Source: Centruroides vittatus (Eukaryota). Taken from it: a stretch of DNA of 64,000 nt. The stretch is from contig NW_027122708.1 in assembly GCF_030686945.1 (NCBI RefSeq), forward strand, positions 5,674,248 through 5,738,247. Reading direction: 5' to 3'. Below, piece after piece: positions 14,025-25,557 of the stretch (the stretch's first letter is position 1; each line of letters opens with the position of its first letter). The notes under the pieces are model-generated. The model made no database searches. It was not told the DNA's origin and saw only the letters and a list, made by a program, of their open reading frames with translations. The position numbers and the translations under genes are program-made.

Positions 14025-14360
14025 GAATCGTGTCAAATTTGACCCTCCAAGTTTTTTGCAAGTCTCCACATTTTGAGACCTCCTGGACCCAAAAAAGGCA
14101 CAAAAATTCAATGTTTGCATGTGTTGGCATCTATTTTGCTTAATATCTCAGGATGGGGTAATGATAAAAAAAATGAAATTTGACACGATAGATTGCATAT
14201 AAACAACATTGATGCTATTGAATTTTGGTGGCAAAAGGTCAAGGGGTGGGGAGATAGAGAGGGGGTCATGTGTCATATCTTGAGTAGGGTCAGACTTAAT
14301 GATGTTATACTTTATTAGCATTTACAATTTTTTATGAAACCAATCACTACCATTAAAATT
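14025..14360. repeat. Unclassified interspersed repeat (about 340 bp), copy A.
   Basis: Shares TGTCAAATTTGACCCTC...TTTTGAGACC..., ...AATATCTCAGGATGGGG..., ...ATTGATGCTAT.GAATTTTGGTGG... and ...GTCATGTGTCATATCTT..AGT.GGGT..GACTTAA...TTACAATTTTTTA with 43325-43690. Confidence 0.6.
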
Positions 14361-14946
14361 AAGCATTTTGCCATTCAATAATTAAAAATATAAAAATTAT
14401 TTTCTAAATAAGATCTCATAATAGCTGGAAAAGTTATGCAACTTATGCTGGATTTTTTTTCCATCATAAACTAAAATATGGACTATTTGACAAGCAGAGT
14501 GAAAGTGTAAAGCTGATTAGAATTATGACATCATTGCATTATGGCAAAATGTGCTGGTATCCTTGAGCCATGTGATTGCTAGCAAGCACTACTTTTTTCT
14601 TTGTGTTACCAAATCACTTTGCCCTATTCCTTTCAATTAATATATATTTTTAATAACAAACCGTAACAAATACAAGTATAATAAATCTATACTAATTTGA
14701 ATTTTGTAGCTGAATCTATTTCAATTTAAAATTGTGTACAAAAGTATGGCTTTTTGAATTCTACATCATTTACTGATGCAAATTAACTTTTTTTTTTTCA
14801 AAAGATGATAATTTTAATATTTGATTTCAGTTTTATTACTATCTTTAATCTGTGATTAAAAATCATAAAAAAAGTAATTGTCACCCATGAAAAAATAAAT
14901 AGAATATATTATAAACACAAAAAACACATTATTATTAGAAACAGAC

Positions 14947-15264
14947 TTAATGAAGTGTACTCATTGCAGGCAATGTATGTGTATTTATCATGCATGGCTT
15001 AAATGTCATGGGGGTTTCTATATAAGCTCTACCCGCACCTGTGCAGAAGGACTTCCAAGAATCTAGTTTTGCCTTCTTAATGGCCTCCTTATACTGTCTT
15101 TGGTAAGATGAGAGGTACTGCATTCGCAGTTCCTCCCTCCTTTGATCGTGACATCTCTGGAATACTCTGCACAGTCTATTGTTGTTCTGGTGCATAAGAG
15201 ATAAATCCGAATTCCACCATGGAGTTACCCGTCTTTTGTTCTTCCTCCTGGGAATGGATTTCAT
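14947..15264 (-). pseudogene. LINE ORF2 region between the endonuclease and RT domains.
   Basis: RVTPWWNSDLSLMHQNNNRLCRVFQR...YKEAIKKAKLDSWKSFC is typical of non-LTR ORF2 linker regions. Confidence 0.5.
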
Positions 15265-15545
15265 GCATGCAGAAGAGATTTGGAGAATAGCTGACTCAAT
15301 ATAGGCCTTAGCCTCAGTATGTGATACAATCCTAGATGATGGTATACCGATTCGCTGAATACTGTCTTGAAATTTGCACCAATCAGCTGCCTTGGTATTG
15401 AAAACATTCTTATTGTTCGAAGCTTCTGCATCCTGCCAATTATTGCAGCCTAGGCTACAAGTTATACACTCATGGTCAGAGAGGAAGTCAAAAATGCCTA
15501 CCTGCCAATCCTGAATAACAGAGCAGAGGCCTTTGGAACAGATGG

Positions 15546-15908
15546 TCAGATCAATCCAGGAATGACCATTAGATGACGAAAAGATTGGCGAGTATGCAAA
15601 TGCACATTAAAATCACCCAAAATTAAAAAACTACAGTTACTGAAATGAGTCACAGCTGACTCCAAGTTCTGGATGGTTTCATAGATATCTGACCTACTCG
15701 AGCAATAGACGTTGAAGATGATAATGTGTAAATCAGGAAGGCAGACCATACAAATGCAGGTAGATGAACAAAATTTTGGGTGGAAGATAATGGCCAAGGT
15801 AGGGTTAGTAACAATGACAGCCCATGGTTGTTCATCCTGGTTCTGAATGATAATGTCTTTGTTGCTAAAGCAAGCTACCCTATTCTCGCAACAATAGGGC
15901 TCCTGCAC
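15546..15908 (-). pseudogene. LINE AP-endonuclease domain fragment.
   Basis: Motifs IIFNVYCSSRSD and SFLILGDFNVHLH. Confidence 0.6.
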
Positions 15909-16129
15909 TAAAGCGATATAGTTGTTAATCTATCGGAGCTGAGAGCTGGCAGAGATTGCTCGTTCCAGATTAATCCGTACAATGCATAGTTGAGAGTTCC
16001 TACAGCAAATGTCAGTATTTCTGTTAGATGCCATAGTCTATTCTGGCAAGGAGCTGTGTTCTTGATCGAATAAAGGCAGGAGAGACTTTATTGAGCGCAT
16101 TGTGATCTATTTTCTTATTATTCTCTCTA

Positions 16130-17308
16130 ATGCAGTTCATACATTTTTGAGTTTCTGTTTTCTTATCACAATCTTTGAAGGCATGATTGCTTCCACACTA
16201 ACTGCATGTACAATCTTCTGCATCGCAATTCTTGGCGAAATGCCCAAATTTTAGGCATTTCAAACATTGATTCGATGGGAGGAAGTCTACAACACTATAC
16301 CTAGTCTACTGCAAGTTCACCTTCTCCTCTTTTAGGAGGAAACACCTGAGACCTCTGCAACCCAAGAAATGAGAGTGGTACTATGCCGTCCAATTGGGAA
16401 AAGCACCCTAATCTTCTCCAGAAATGCTTCTTTGGAATATAACACAGCAACTTGGCTGTTCTGCTCATAAATGGCATCTAAGAGCTGGTCCCTCTCAATA
16501 GATTTAGGTACTGAGATAATCTTGATCAGTGGGCGCCTCTTTTTCAGGATAACCGAACATAAACTGGAAACCTCAAACAGCATTACATAAAATTCCCACA
16601 TCTGCTGTACATCCCAAATCAACAGCAATCCCTCCTTTTTGAATATGGCATATTCTCTGAACACCTATTTTTAAGCTGTGTGGATTGATTCCAGAAGTTA
16701 GGACCCTTTCTGGTAAGCTCAGAGTCATTAGACTCAGGGTTACTGTACACCAGTACAGTGTGACAAAACTTGGAGGGTACTGAAACCGAATCCAAGGTAG
16801 AACAGGATGCTTAACAGTGTCACTATAAAACTTGGGTGTCCTGGACACCACTGACCCTGAAGCTGGTACAACCTGCTGCACTCCACGAATGGTTTCCAAC
16901 ACCTGAGATAACTGTGCCCATTCTCTCGGCATGTGCAGCAAATGCATCAGTGAGATCACCAACCACTGACCCAGATGCTGGAACTACCTGCTGCAATCCA
17001 TGAATGGCCTCCAAGACCTCAGAGAAAACCAACTCAGATCTCTCTGCATATGCAGCAAACGTGCCAGAGAGATCCCCCTTGGTGAGAAGTGAATCCAACC
17101 AAGTGTCAATGGAATCAGGAACAGAACAAGTTGACACTGTGGAACTTGCTAGATCAATCAATCGCTGGAACTGGACAGTTATAAGCCGCGAATGGGCTCC
17201 CGAGCCCAACTTCCTATTGCTATTTCTAGCAAGGTAACCCTTAAGCTCGTCGAGGAGCTTGAATGCCTCATAAAGAAAGTTTGATGACTGTCCATTGCCA
17301 TCAATCAC
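16130..17308 (-). pseudogene. LINE ORF1 (gag-like), degenerate, with internal sequence repeats and C-terminal CCHC knuckles.
   Basis: Three overlapping frameshifted ORFs. The motif LQQVVPASGSVV occurs twice. Zinc-knuckle codons lie at about 16150-16300. Confidence 0.45.
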
Positions 17309-18593
17309 TCACAAAAGTACTAAGTAACGCAAGCTACCCTGATTCCAATCAAGACTGTAGTCTTGCAGCAAAAACACGACAACACAAATGAGAACTTAAC
17401 TAATAAATTATAAAAATGCACTCTTAAGTGCACAACTAGCTTAATTATACAAAAAAGAAAGAAAGAAAAATCAAATGAAAGATAAATGCAACAATGAGAA
17501 TAAAAACGTTCATTAAGGAAAGACAGACAGACGACAGTGAGAATGTACAGGTCTACAATGTTTTCAAATTGCAGCCCAGTAAATGTTAGTACTAAGTATT
17601 ACATGACTTGCATTTAGCAACATTCTCCATGTAAGTTAAATTTCATGAAATTATTTCTATGCAATGGATAAAGTATCTGCAACCTGGTAGACAGCACAGC
17701 ACAACAATTTTATATTCATTTAGGTGTCACCCTCTCTGATAGTGTCATTCAGTGTGGTCTTTACCCCTAGTGATGCCACTGTCTATCATATATACAGTAT
17801 AATACAAGTATAATAAATCTATAAAATTTCAGTCTTATCATTTTTATTTAATTTTCTAACTATATAATGCTTTTAAATTATATTATATTGTTAACCTGAT
17901 ATTGATAAGTTTCATTTTCTGACAAAATATATAATGATCCATTATTCTTTCCAATATAGCATTTTTCATCATGAAGAATACATGCACTTGGCCAACTGTA
18001 TTCATCATTGTTTTCTTTCCATAATTTTGCTTCTTGCTAAAATTTTACAAATTATTTGTATTAAGGATTGTTTAAAAAATTTTTTTTTATATATTTTGAA
18101 AATAATAATAATAATAAATGTATATCTACATTGTTTGATCTGCATGGCATCATTAAAATATTTCCTGAAATATCAGTTACATATAATTCATCTGTTTTTG
18201 ATAAGGCAATATTCATAATCCAATTGTTTGACCTAAAAAATAAAATTGAAACATAATACAAAAGGAATCATAAAACTTATAATTTAAAAAAACAGAAATG
18301 CTATATAGCAGTATTATGTTATATTTTAAATATCAAGTGTAGTTTTGGTATATAATTCTAATTCAAATTTTCAAGTGTTCAGGAATACTGATATATAATA
18401 TTTTGATAAATCATTCAACAGAAATGATTCAAGAACTGTATTATATTATGGTGTGCTGTGCTGAAAAGTTTGCAACTTCTCCTAGATGAAAAGAGAAATA
18501 CCAGTATGATAAACTGAATATATTTTATTCAATATAATCACCCTTAACTCTACACAATATACTCCAATTTTTTTAATCCCTGCAAAAAGAATT

Positions 18594-19600
18594 CCTAAGG
18601 TTGGTCAACCCTCTGATTTTTTTGTGTAATTTGGAGAGCTGTGTGGCAGAGGTGTTACCTCTCAGAGCAGCACATCTTGACCCAGTTTCTCCTTCAAAGC
18701 CTCCTACAATTCATCCAATAGAGACCTGGATAAGTAGTGTTAATTTAGTGTAGTCAACACTGAATTAACACCACTTATCAACTAGTGAATTAACACTGAT
18801 TCCCTAGCCCTCAGCAGATACTTGACTAAATTGATGCCATCCTTGTCTCAAAACAGGAAAGCCATGATTTTTCTGGATGAATTCTGGGCATTCTTTGGCT
18901 ATGGAGATCCTCTACAACACCATTTCTTTGATTGTTTCTTCATCTCAGGATTATAGTGATGAAATCACATTTTATCCATTGTCACTAATTGGGCTAAAAT
19001 CTCAGTACCATCATAGAACCTTGCCAAAAGACTTTGAAGGCAATCATGTGATTCTACTTGTGGTCTGCATTGAGAAGTTTTGTAATCCATTTCACAGGAA
19101 GCTTTCACACGTTGAGAATGTCAGATTACATGGAAACCCTTTAGAGAGAAATCTGCAAGATTTCAGCAAATGTCTTCGACAATCTTTAAGGATCAGATCA
19201 TGTGAACAGATAAAAATGTGGATTTCATCCACATCATCTGTTGTTGTTGAAATGGACCATCCAGAGTGCTCAACTGTTAACCTGAAATGGCTATTTTGAA
19301 AATATGTAATGAGGGAAGGGCAGTCCTGCCATACAGTTATCAACATCTCAGAGTCAATTTCCTGCATTCCTTTCTCCTGCAGTCACAAGAACTTCATAGC
19401 TAGACTCTTCTAAATGTTGCTAAATTCTGATCTTGGTGCAGCCATCATGAATTCAAATTGTTGAAATAAGCAAACTAATGATTGTAACAGACTTATGGTG
19501 CATGCACTCTTTCAAGACTTCTATTATTTTCATAGTGTGGCTTTTTCTCTCTTGCATCTGGATAAAGTTATCAACTTTTCAGCACTCCACACATACTGTA
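18594..19600 (-). mobile_element. Mariner-like element, degenerate (frameshifts and stops). The 3' TIR is recognisable and the 5' end is eroded.
   Basis: Minus-strand frames read TYFQNSHFRLTVEHSGWSIS (compare WFxKFRSGDFSLEDEPRSGRP), LARFYDGTEILAQLVTMDKMWFHHYNPEMKKQSKKW (compare IVTGDEKWxxYxNPxxK) and a C-terminal ..RCAALRGN. The plus strand at about 18594 reads TAAGGTTGGTCAACCC, which resembles the mariner TIR TTAGGTTGGTGCAAAAG. Confidence 0.6.
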
Positions 19601-22600
19601 TATAGTTTTGTCTAAAATTGTTATATGCATACACTAAAATTATTGTACAGTTTTAAAAATTAAGTTCTTGGTTATTAATAATATAAATATAGCATAAGTT
19701 TCTATAATTCATATTTATATTGCTCAAATATTTTTGATATGCTACAATCATCCTCTGGAACAGCAGTCTGAATTATAATAGAATATACTTGTAAGCTGGG
19801 AAAAAATTTGAAAATTCACTGACACAGATAAAAATTTTTCCTTAGATTTTTATTTACAGTATCTATCAATAATAACATAAAACATTTATTTGGACAAAAA
19901 TAAAAATTTCTTTTCACACAACATGACCAAAAATGAATTGGCACAAGTTAGACAAAAAATTGTTTGAAATGCAAAAAATAAACAAAAACTTAAACATATT
20001 CCTATTGCCTATAATTAAGCTTAAATCTATTAGGGCCCAAAGATTTAGATAGCCAGGTTAGTAAAAAGGTCAATAAAGTTATGATAGATTGAGGAAAGAG
20101 CAGTTGAAAGTAATTCTACTTTCTTTTTCTAAAAGGGTCGTACAAACTCTGAACTTTTCTTCTTTATCTGTGCTGCATCTAGTATGGTTGTATATGTCCC
20201 TTGGCTTCAATAGTAGGTGATCCAAGTTGAGAAAAATCCTGTTTTCTTTTCTTTTAGTGGAAACTAACACTCATACAAAACTTAGGGGTCAGTCAACTGA
20301 GGTAATACCTTTTTTGACGAAAAATTTGTTGTGTCCACTCATATGGATTCTCAGTCCTTCATTGGCCTTCCCACATGCCCATCTTACCTTCTTCCTCTGC
20401 CGCAAGCACACCAAAAGTGATCCTTCCTCCTTGACATTGTCCTGTGATACTTTTTCTTCTTGGAAGTACTACCTGAGGCCAATATTTGGAAAAGCTGGAT
20501 GCACAAAAGACCAGAAGTAGCCCATTTTGAGAGGTGAGAGTCCAGAGAGAAGGGAAAAAAAAGCTTAAGCCATATACAAAAGCAAAAAATCACCACAGAA
20601 CTATATCTTTAGTGTCATTACTTTGTCTCTTTCATACCATAGGAAAAATGAAGTCACAAGGCAGAATTGACCTTTTTCTTGAGGCTCTTCCCTGTCTCAA
20701 TATGTAAAGTTTTCTTCTGTTTGTGTATATATATATATATATATATCTAAATTCAAATTAAATTCAAAGTAATTATTGTTAGCATAAAATAGTTTTATGC
20801 TAACAATAATGTGGAGATGATATTCTAGATCAATTTCTGCAGCTGATATCAATGGTCAGGTAATGCTAACGTTGCTTGATCATTGGTACACTACCTGTTA
20901 ATAAATCTGAAAAATTTGTTAAATTTTTAAAATACTGTAATTTGAAATACATTCTTATATATATATATATATATATGTACAGGGTGTTTTGAAAGTCCTG
21001 TTACAAACTTATAGGGCAGATTCCTTAAAAAAAAAAAAAAAGAATAAAAGAAACACTATAATAAAAACATTCAGTAACATTTTTCAAATAAAACCTTTAT
21101 TAAGGAGTTAGGAATTTAAAGTTAAGTGATGTCACTTCTGAGTTTTTGTATAAATAAGAACAAATTCATGTTTTATTCTTTTATTTAAATTGAAAGGCAT
21201 TTAAGAAAAGAATAAGTAAATTCATCTTAAAATTTTGTACTTTATATTTGTGTATTTGAAAGTAATGTTCTTTTTATAAAAATGTGTAATACTTCTTAGG
21301 CATTTGTTTTGTTTTGCATCCTGATTCCATACAAGAGCTGATCAATATAATGACTTCCAATTCTATGCAAACATAGTACCGGCAAAGCATGTTCTGGTAT
21401 ATCCACTCAAAAATACCTGATGTGTGTTAAATTTCTTGTGCTGAGACTATAATTTGTACAAGCAGATCTTCCTCCAACTCTACAGGAATCTTGTAAATAA
21501 GACTCATGTGATCCCAAAGAAAATATTGGAGTTTAATGAAAATAAAACATTATGATAAAAAGTATGCATATATTTTTAAAATGCTTTCAGATGCAACGAA
21601 TTCCAGAAGTGCATTATAGTGCTTTAAACATCTTTAATAAAAACTTTATTCCAAAAAATGTTACTGAACAGTTTTATCTTTGTTTTTCTTAAAGAATCTG
21701 TCCTATAAGTTTGTAATAGGAATTTCAAAACATCCTGTATATATATATTATATTATTATATATAATTGAATTATAATATATATATATTATATATTATAAT
21801 TCAAGCTGTTCCTGAGGGTAATTTGACTGTAATACATTGAAAGCATTTGAGTAGTATAAATATGAATTATATACATTTGTGTTATATTATGTTATTAATA
21901 TCAAAAAACTGAATTTTTAAAATTATGCAAAGCTTAATATGATGATAATCCATCTAGCTGAGAAATTATATTCAATAATATAAAAGAAACTTTAACTGAG
22001 ATATAAATTCTGTAATATGATGATATAACTCCTACTGTTACATATTATTTCTTTAATTAAAAAATATATTAAAGTTTTTATAATTGAAAACTTTGAAATG
22101 AAAGGTGAGAACTGATAAAATTTCTTCAAATTTTACTGGTTTAGCATAGGTTAGGAATTATAATTTCTTTATAGTTCTGAAAATTAATATTAACTATAAT
22201 AAAAATCAGAAGTAGCACAAATTAAATTTAGTTAACAATAGTATAATTTGAGAATACAGAATGTAAATTTCAATTTACCAGTAGAATTTCTTGAAATATA
22301 ACTGATTTATCACCTTTCATTTCAAAAGTTCTTAATTATTTTATTTAAAAATAAATTTCGTATTCATACATTTTAATGATTCTTTGACTTTTCAAATAAT
22401 TATCAGTTATCATAACTGACCCAGATTTAAGGCCAATTACTATATTTTTTCTGCCTGCATTCATTGATGATACTTCTTCATCCAAATAATAAGATTGTAA
22501 TTCACTATAAAAAATAATATAACATGTAAGATTAATTAATAATATTACAAAGGTGATTCTAAATTATTGATAGAGTTACTGTAATTTTCCAACCAGAAAC

Positions 22601-23001
22601 AACTGAAAAATTAGAGATCCAAGTGCATATAATTTTCCAATTATATGCCCTTGACCCTCCATGGCATTCAGACAACTTAAGCTAAGCTTTTATCCTGGCA
22701 TGATATAGGCTGTAAATCCTCACCTAATTGTTCATGGGCAATTACATGAAAGTTTTGCCTATTTTAATGTTGTCTATTACAGAATAGTGAAATGGATGCT
22801 TGATCACACTAAAAATTTTCCATCATAAGTGAATTGTCCAATAGCAGATGAAATTAGAATTTCCAACAATTTTAAGTCCTTCCAAAATTTTTGTCTGTAT
22901 ATTATTATTATTATGTTGGGTTAAGTGAGATATACTCGGTTAACACCGGTGGCTGTGTACTATGCCGGACCAAAGTCAAGGCATAGTAACCAAAACAGAA
23001 A

Positions 23002-23411
23002 TTAAAGAAGTGTATCAGTGTGTGTGTCTGTATTCAGGAATTTTCTCACAATATGACATGTATTCAATATAGTGGCCTTCTGTAGTATGATGTATGTGTT
23101 TCTATTCAATTGTAACGTGCCCAGGCTTTTGTGTAGTGTGTGTGGTATCACACCTGTAGAGGAGAGAACAACAGGTACAATAAGCACCCTATCCATCCTC
23201 CACAGATGCCTTATTTCCTGGACAAGTTCTGTGTACTTGCTAATTTTTTCAGTGCATGCGTTTTGTATATTGTGAGTGTTGAAGTGAACTCACTCAGCAA
23301 AATTAAATCACAACAACAGGTACAATAAGCACCCTATCCATCCTCCACAGATGCCTTATTTCCTGGGCAAGTTCTGTGTACTTGCTAATTTTTTCAGTGC
23401 ATGCGTTTTGT
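23002..23411 (-). CDS. LINE ORF C-terminal tail, lying downstream of the nested PLE unit and partly duplicated in tandem.
   Basis: The minus frame reads NTHNIQNACTEKISKYTELAQEIRHLWRMDRVLIVPVV (once in each tandem unit), then LSSTGVIPHTLHKSLGTLQLNRNTYIILQKATILNTCHIVRKFL to a stop near 23002. EK..KY supplies the missing K of the PD..D..EK motif. NTHNI is repeated on both sides of the insertion. Confidence 0.5.
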
Positions 23412-23456
23412 ATATTGTGAGTGTTGAAGTGAACTCACTCAGCAAAATTAAATCAC
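23167..23456. repeat. Tandem duplication of 2 x 145 bp spanning the left junction of the PLE unit.
   Basis: The two units at 23167-23311 and 23312-23456 are near-identical, with one G/A difference. Each contains the TSD 14-mer, the 28-bp leader and the first ~5 bp of the inverted repeat (atcacaa). The duplication therefore post-dates the insertion. Confidence 0.85.
23412..23425. repeat. Putative 14-bp target-site duplication (left copy), ATATTGTGAGTGTT.
   Basis: Identical 14-mer occurs at 24712-24725. On the minus strand both copies encode NTHNI of the interrupted LINE ORF. Confidence 0.6.
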
Positions 23457-23806
23457 AAACAACCAAACACCTTAAGTTGCTGAGAAAAATTTAATAAATA
23501 ACAAACGTTTTCAGCCAAATCTGTTGGCCATCATCAGGTTAAACAAATTCGAATGCAAACACAAAATGGAACAAAAAATTTAAATACAAATAAATAAAAT
23601 AACGGATAAAATATACATATAAGAAAGTAAAAATTAAATATAAATAACAAAAATACTGTATATAAAAAATATGTATAGGTTAAATAATAAACTACACGAA
23701 ACTCTAATAAATGCAAGAAGTGCATTTATCAATAAATTATACGAAATTCTGACAAATACAAGATATGCAGTGATAACAAAACCAAGGCATTAAATTAAGA
23801 GCGGAT
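23454..23806. repeat. Left arm of the 353-bp inverted repeat flanking the GIY-YIG ORF.
   Basis: Reverse complement of 24359-24711. The two 63-aa pseudo-ORFs at 23534-23725(-) and 24440-24631(+) are identical, which confirms near-100% identity over at least 192 bp of the arms. Confidence 0.9.
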
Positions 23807-24370
23807 ATGATAACCACACTAATCAAAAACTACAGGAATAACAAAACAAAAGCTCAAGGAGGGGATTTCCGCAAATTCACAAAGTTCACGTATGACAGAA
23901 AGAAAGAAGCTATCATGAAGGAAATCTCAGCCCGCAAAAATACCAAGTTAATTTTCAAGAGGGCTCCCAACTTGTACAAATTATTAAGGAACGACAAAGA
24001 CCGTATTGATAAAGAAAGAATGGCTGGAGTGTACAAAATTCCTTATGAAAACCAAGAACTAGGCATTAATAAAAACTACATTGGAGTTACTAATAGAAGC
24101 TTAGGGATTAGATTGAGGGAGCACAAATACAACATCAGCAAAAGATCTAACGCCACAATTCTATCTCAGATGGCACAGGTTGAAGGCTCGGTAGTCAAAT
24201 GGGGTGAAGCAGACATCATTAAATCTGTACACTCACCGACTTTAGCGTTTTGCGCCGAAAAAATTGAAATATTTAAGAGCAGATTACATAATGCCTGCAT
24301 TAATGCCAGGGATGCTGAAGGGTTGCCTTCGGCATGGAAATATTTAATTAAGAGGTTTGATAGCTCTTAA
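23807..24370 (+). CDS. GIY-YIG endonuclease domain of the Penelope-like-element type (187 aa). The start codon is probably fortuitous.
   Basis: The catalytic motif is GVYKIPYENQELGINKNYIGVTNRSLGIRLREH (GIY..YIG..R..EH). The upstream linker reads LIFKRAPNLYKLLRND. The C-terminal region reads ATILSQMAQ...IIKSVHS...AEKIEIFK...INARDAEGLPSAWKYL. Together these match the conserved layout of PLE endonuclease domains. The CxxC linker finger is absent. Confidence 0.8.
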   Translation: MITTLIKNYRNNKTKAQGGDFRKFTKFTYDRKKEAIMKEISARKNTKLIFKRAPNLYKLLRNDKDRIDKERMAGVYKIPYENQELGINKNYIGVTNRSLGIRLREHKYNISKRSNATILSQMAQVEGSVVKWGEADIIKSVHSPTLAFCAEKIEIFKSRLHNACINARDAEGLPSAWKYLIKRFDSS

Positions 24371-24711
24371 TTTAATGCCTTGGTTTTGTTATCACTGCAT
24401 ATCTTGTATTTGTCAGAATTTCGTATAATTTATTGATAAATGCACTTCTTGCATTTATTAGAGTTTCGTGTAGTTTATTATTTAACCTATACATATTTTT
24501 TATATACAGTATTTTTGTTATTTATATTTAATTTTTACTTTCTTATATGTATATTTTATCCGTTATTTTATTTATTTGTATTTAAATTTTTTGTTCCATT
24601 TTGTGTTTGCATTCGAATTTGTTTAACCTGATGATGGCCAACAGATTTGGCTGAAAACGTTTGTTATTTATTAAATTTTTCTCAGCAACTTAAGGTGTTT
24701 GGTTGTTTGTG
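24359..24711. repeat. Right arm of the 353-bp inverted repeat flanking the GIY-YIG ORF.
   Basis: Reverse complement of 23454-23806. Its terminal ~20 bp overlap the last codons and stop of the truncated LINE ORF. Confidence 0.9.
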
Positions 24712-24725
24712 ATATTGTGAGTGTT
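24712..24725. repeat. Putative 14-bp target-site duplication (right copy), ATATTGTGAGTGTT.
   Basis: Pairs with 23412-23425. Confidence 0.6.
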
Positions 24726-25557
24726 TGGAATGGCTATGTCTATAATGTATGTGATTTTATTGTGTTTGTCAATGAGTGTGATGTCTGGTCTGTTGTGGTA
24801 AATTGTTTTATCTGTGATTATGGCTCTGTCATAGTACATTTTGTGCGTGTTGTTTTCCAATACTGTCTGCAGAATGTATTTGTAGTATGATTCGTGGATG
24901 TCTACTAATTTGTGTTTCTTTGCAAGCTCTTGGTGTATTATATTTGCTACTTGGTTATGTCTGTGTAAATAATCTGTCTGTGCCAAGAGCTTGCAACCAG
25001 AGGTGATGTGTTGTATAGTTTCTGACATAATGTGACATTTTCTGCATGTGTCATTTGTGAGTGTTGCATCTTTGAGTATGTGTTTTCTGTAGTTTTTAGT
25101 ATTTATGATCTGATCCTGTATGGCAATCATGAATCCTTCCGTCTCCCCAAAGAGGCATCCCCGAGCTAACCAGCTGTTTGACGCAGTTTTGTCAACAAAT
25201 ATCCTGGGCCAGATCATAAGGATGCCTGCCATGGAGTGCCTTTCGAGCCCACGATTGCTTAATGGTGTCTATGCTTTTTATATGTTGTGTTGTGTCCATA
25301 TGATGTGAGTGTAAGTTTAATGGTGTGTTATTCGAGTCTGCTAGAGTTACTGCTTTATGTAATTGTGATATTTCTTGTTTTTCATAAAAAAACTCTCGCA
25401 GTGACTGTATTTGTTTGTAATGAAGGTTAACTATGTCAATCAGGCCACGTCCGCCATCTTTACGTGGAAGGATTAATCTTTCTGTGGCAGATTTAGGATG
25501 ATGATGTTTATGCTTAGTAAGTGTTGTTCTTGTTTTCCTTTGGAGTTGCTCAAGATC
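24712..25557 (-). CDS. LINE ORF continuation: thumb, CCHC zinc-finger motif and the N-terminal half of the PD-(D/E)xK restriction-like endonuclease.
   Basis: The frame resumes directly after the 25558-26352 insertion (IHWTHTDLEQLQRKTR..LILPRKDGGRGLI). The listed 180-aa ORF 24690-25232 contains CRKCHIMSETIQHITSGCKLL..YLHRHNQVANII and RPDITLIDKHNKITYIIDIAIPNTHNI, then runs 7 codons into the inserted inverted repeat and stops. Confidence 0.7.

Larger units (their letters stand above)
14947..17590 (-). mobile_element. Jockey/I-like LINE remnant with ORF1 (gag-like, CCHC knuckles), an AP-endonuclease domain and the start of the post-endonuclease region. The RT portion is absent.
   Basis: Several minus-strand ORFs with frameshifts. 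ORF1-like ORFs lie at 16332-17308. CCHC knuckles read ..KCLKFGHFAKNC..C..CG..H..C around 16150-16300. The AP-endonuclease ORF 15546-15908 contains IIFNVYCSS....LILGDFNVHL. ORF 14947-15264 reads PWWNSDL...YKEAIKKAKLDSWKSFC. Confidence 0.6.
23426..24711 (+). mobile_element. 5'-truncated Penelope-like element (PLE) remnant. It consists of a 28-bp leader, a 353-bp inverted repeat, a GIY-YIG endonuclease ORF and a second 353-bp inverted repeat.
   Basis: The ORF has the PLE-type endonuclease signature. The two arms are near-identical inverted repeats. The unit is flanked by a 14-bp direct repeat ATATTGTGAGTGTT (23412-23425 and 24712-24725). It interrupts the LINE codon string ..IPNTHNI|QNACTEK.. 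Confidence 0.65.

Noticed and set aside
18877-19299. 140-aa plus-strand ORF.
   Set aside because: It is antisense to the mariner-like transposase remnant. The opposite strand carries the recognisable WFxxF / VTMDKMWFHHYNPE transposase motifs.
22900-23230. Considered a SINE because it recurs at 62165-62455.
   Set aside because: Translation of the minus strand shows it is the C-terminal coding tail and 3' UTR of the Dong-like LINE, so it is part of that element.
23534-24631. Two identical 63-aa ORFs (23534-23725 minus; 24440-24631 plus).
   Set aside because: They are low-complexity translations (F/L/Y/C-rich) of the two arms of the same inverted repeat. Their identity merely reflects the repeat, not a gene.
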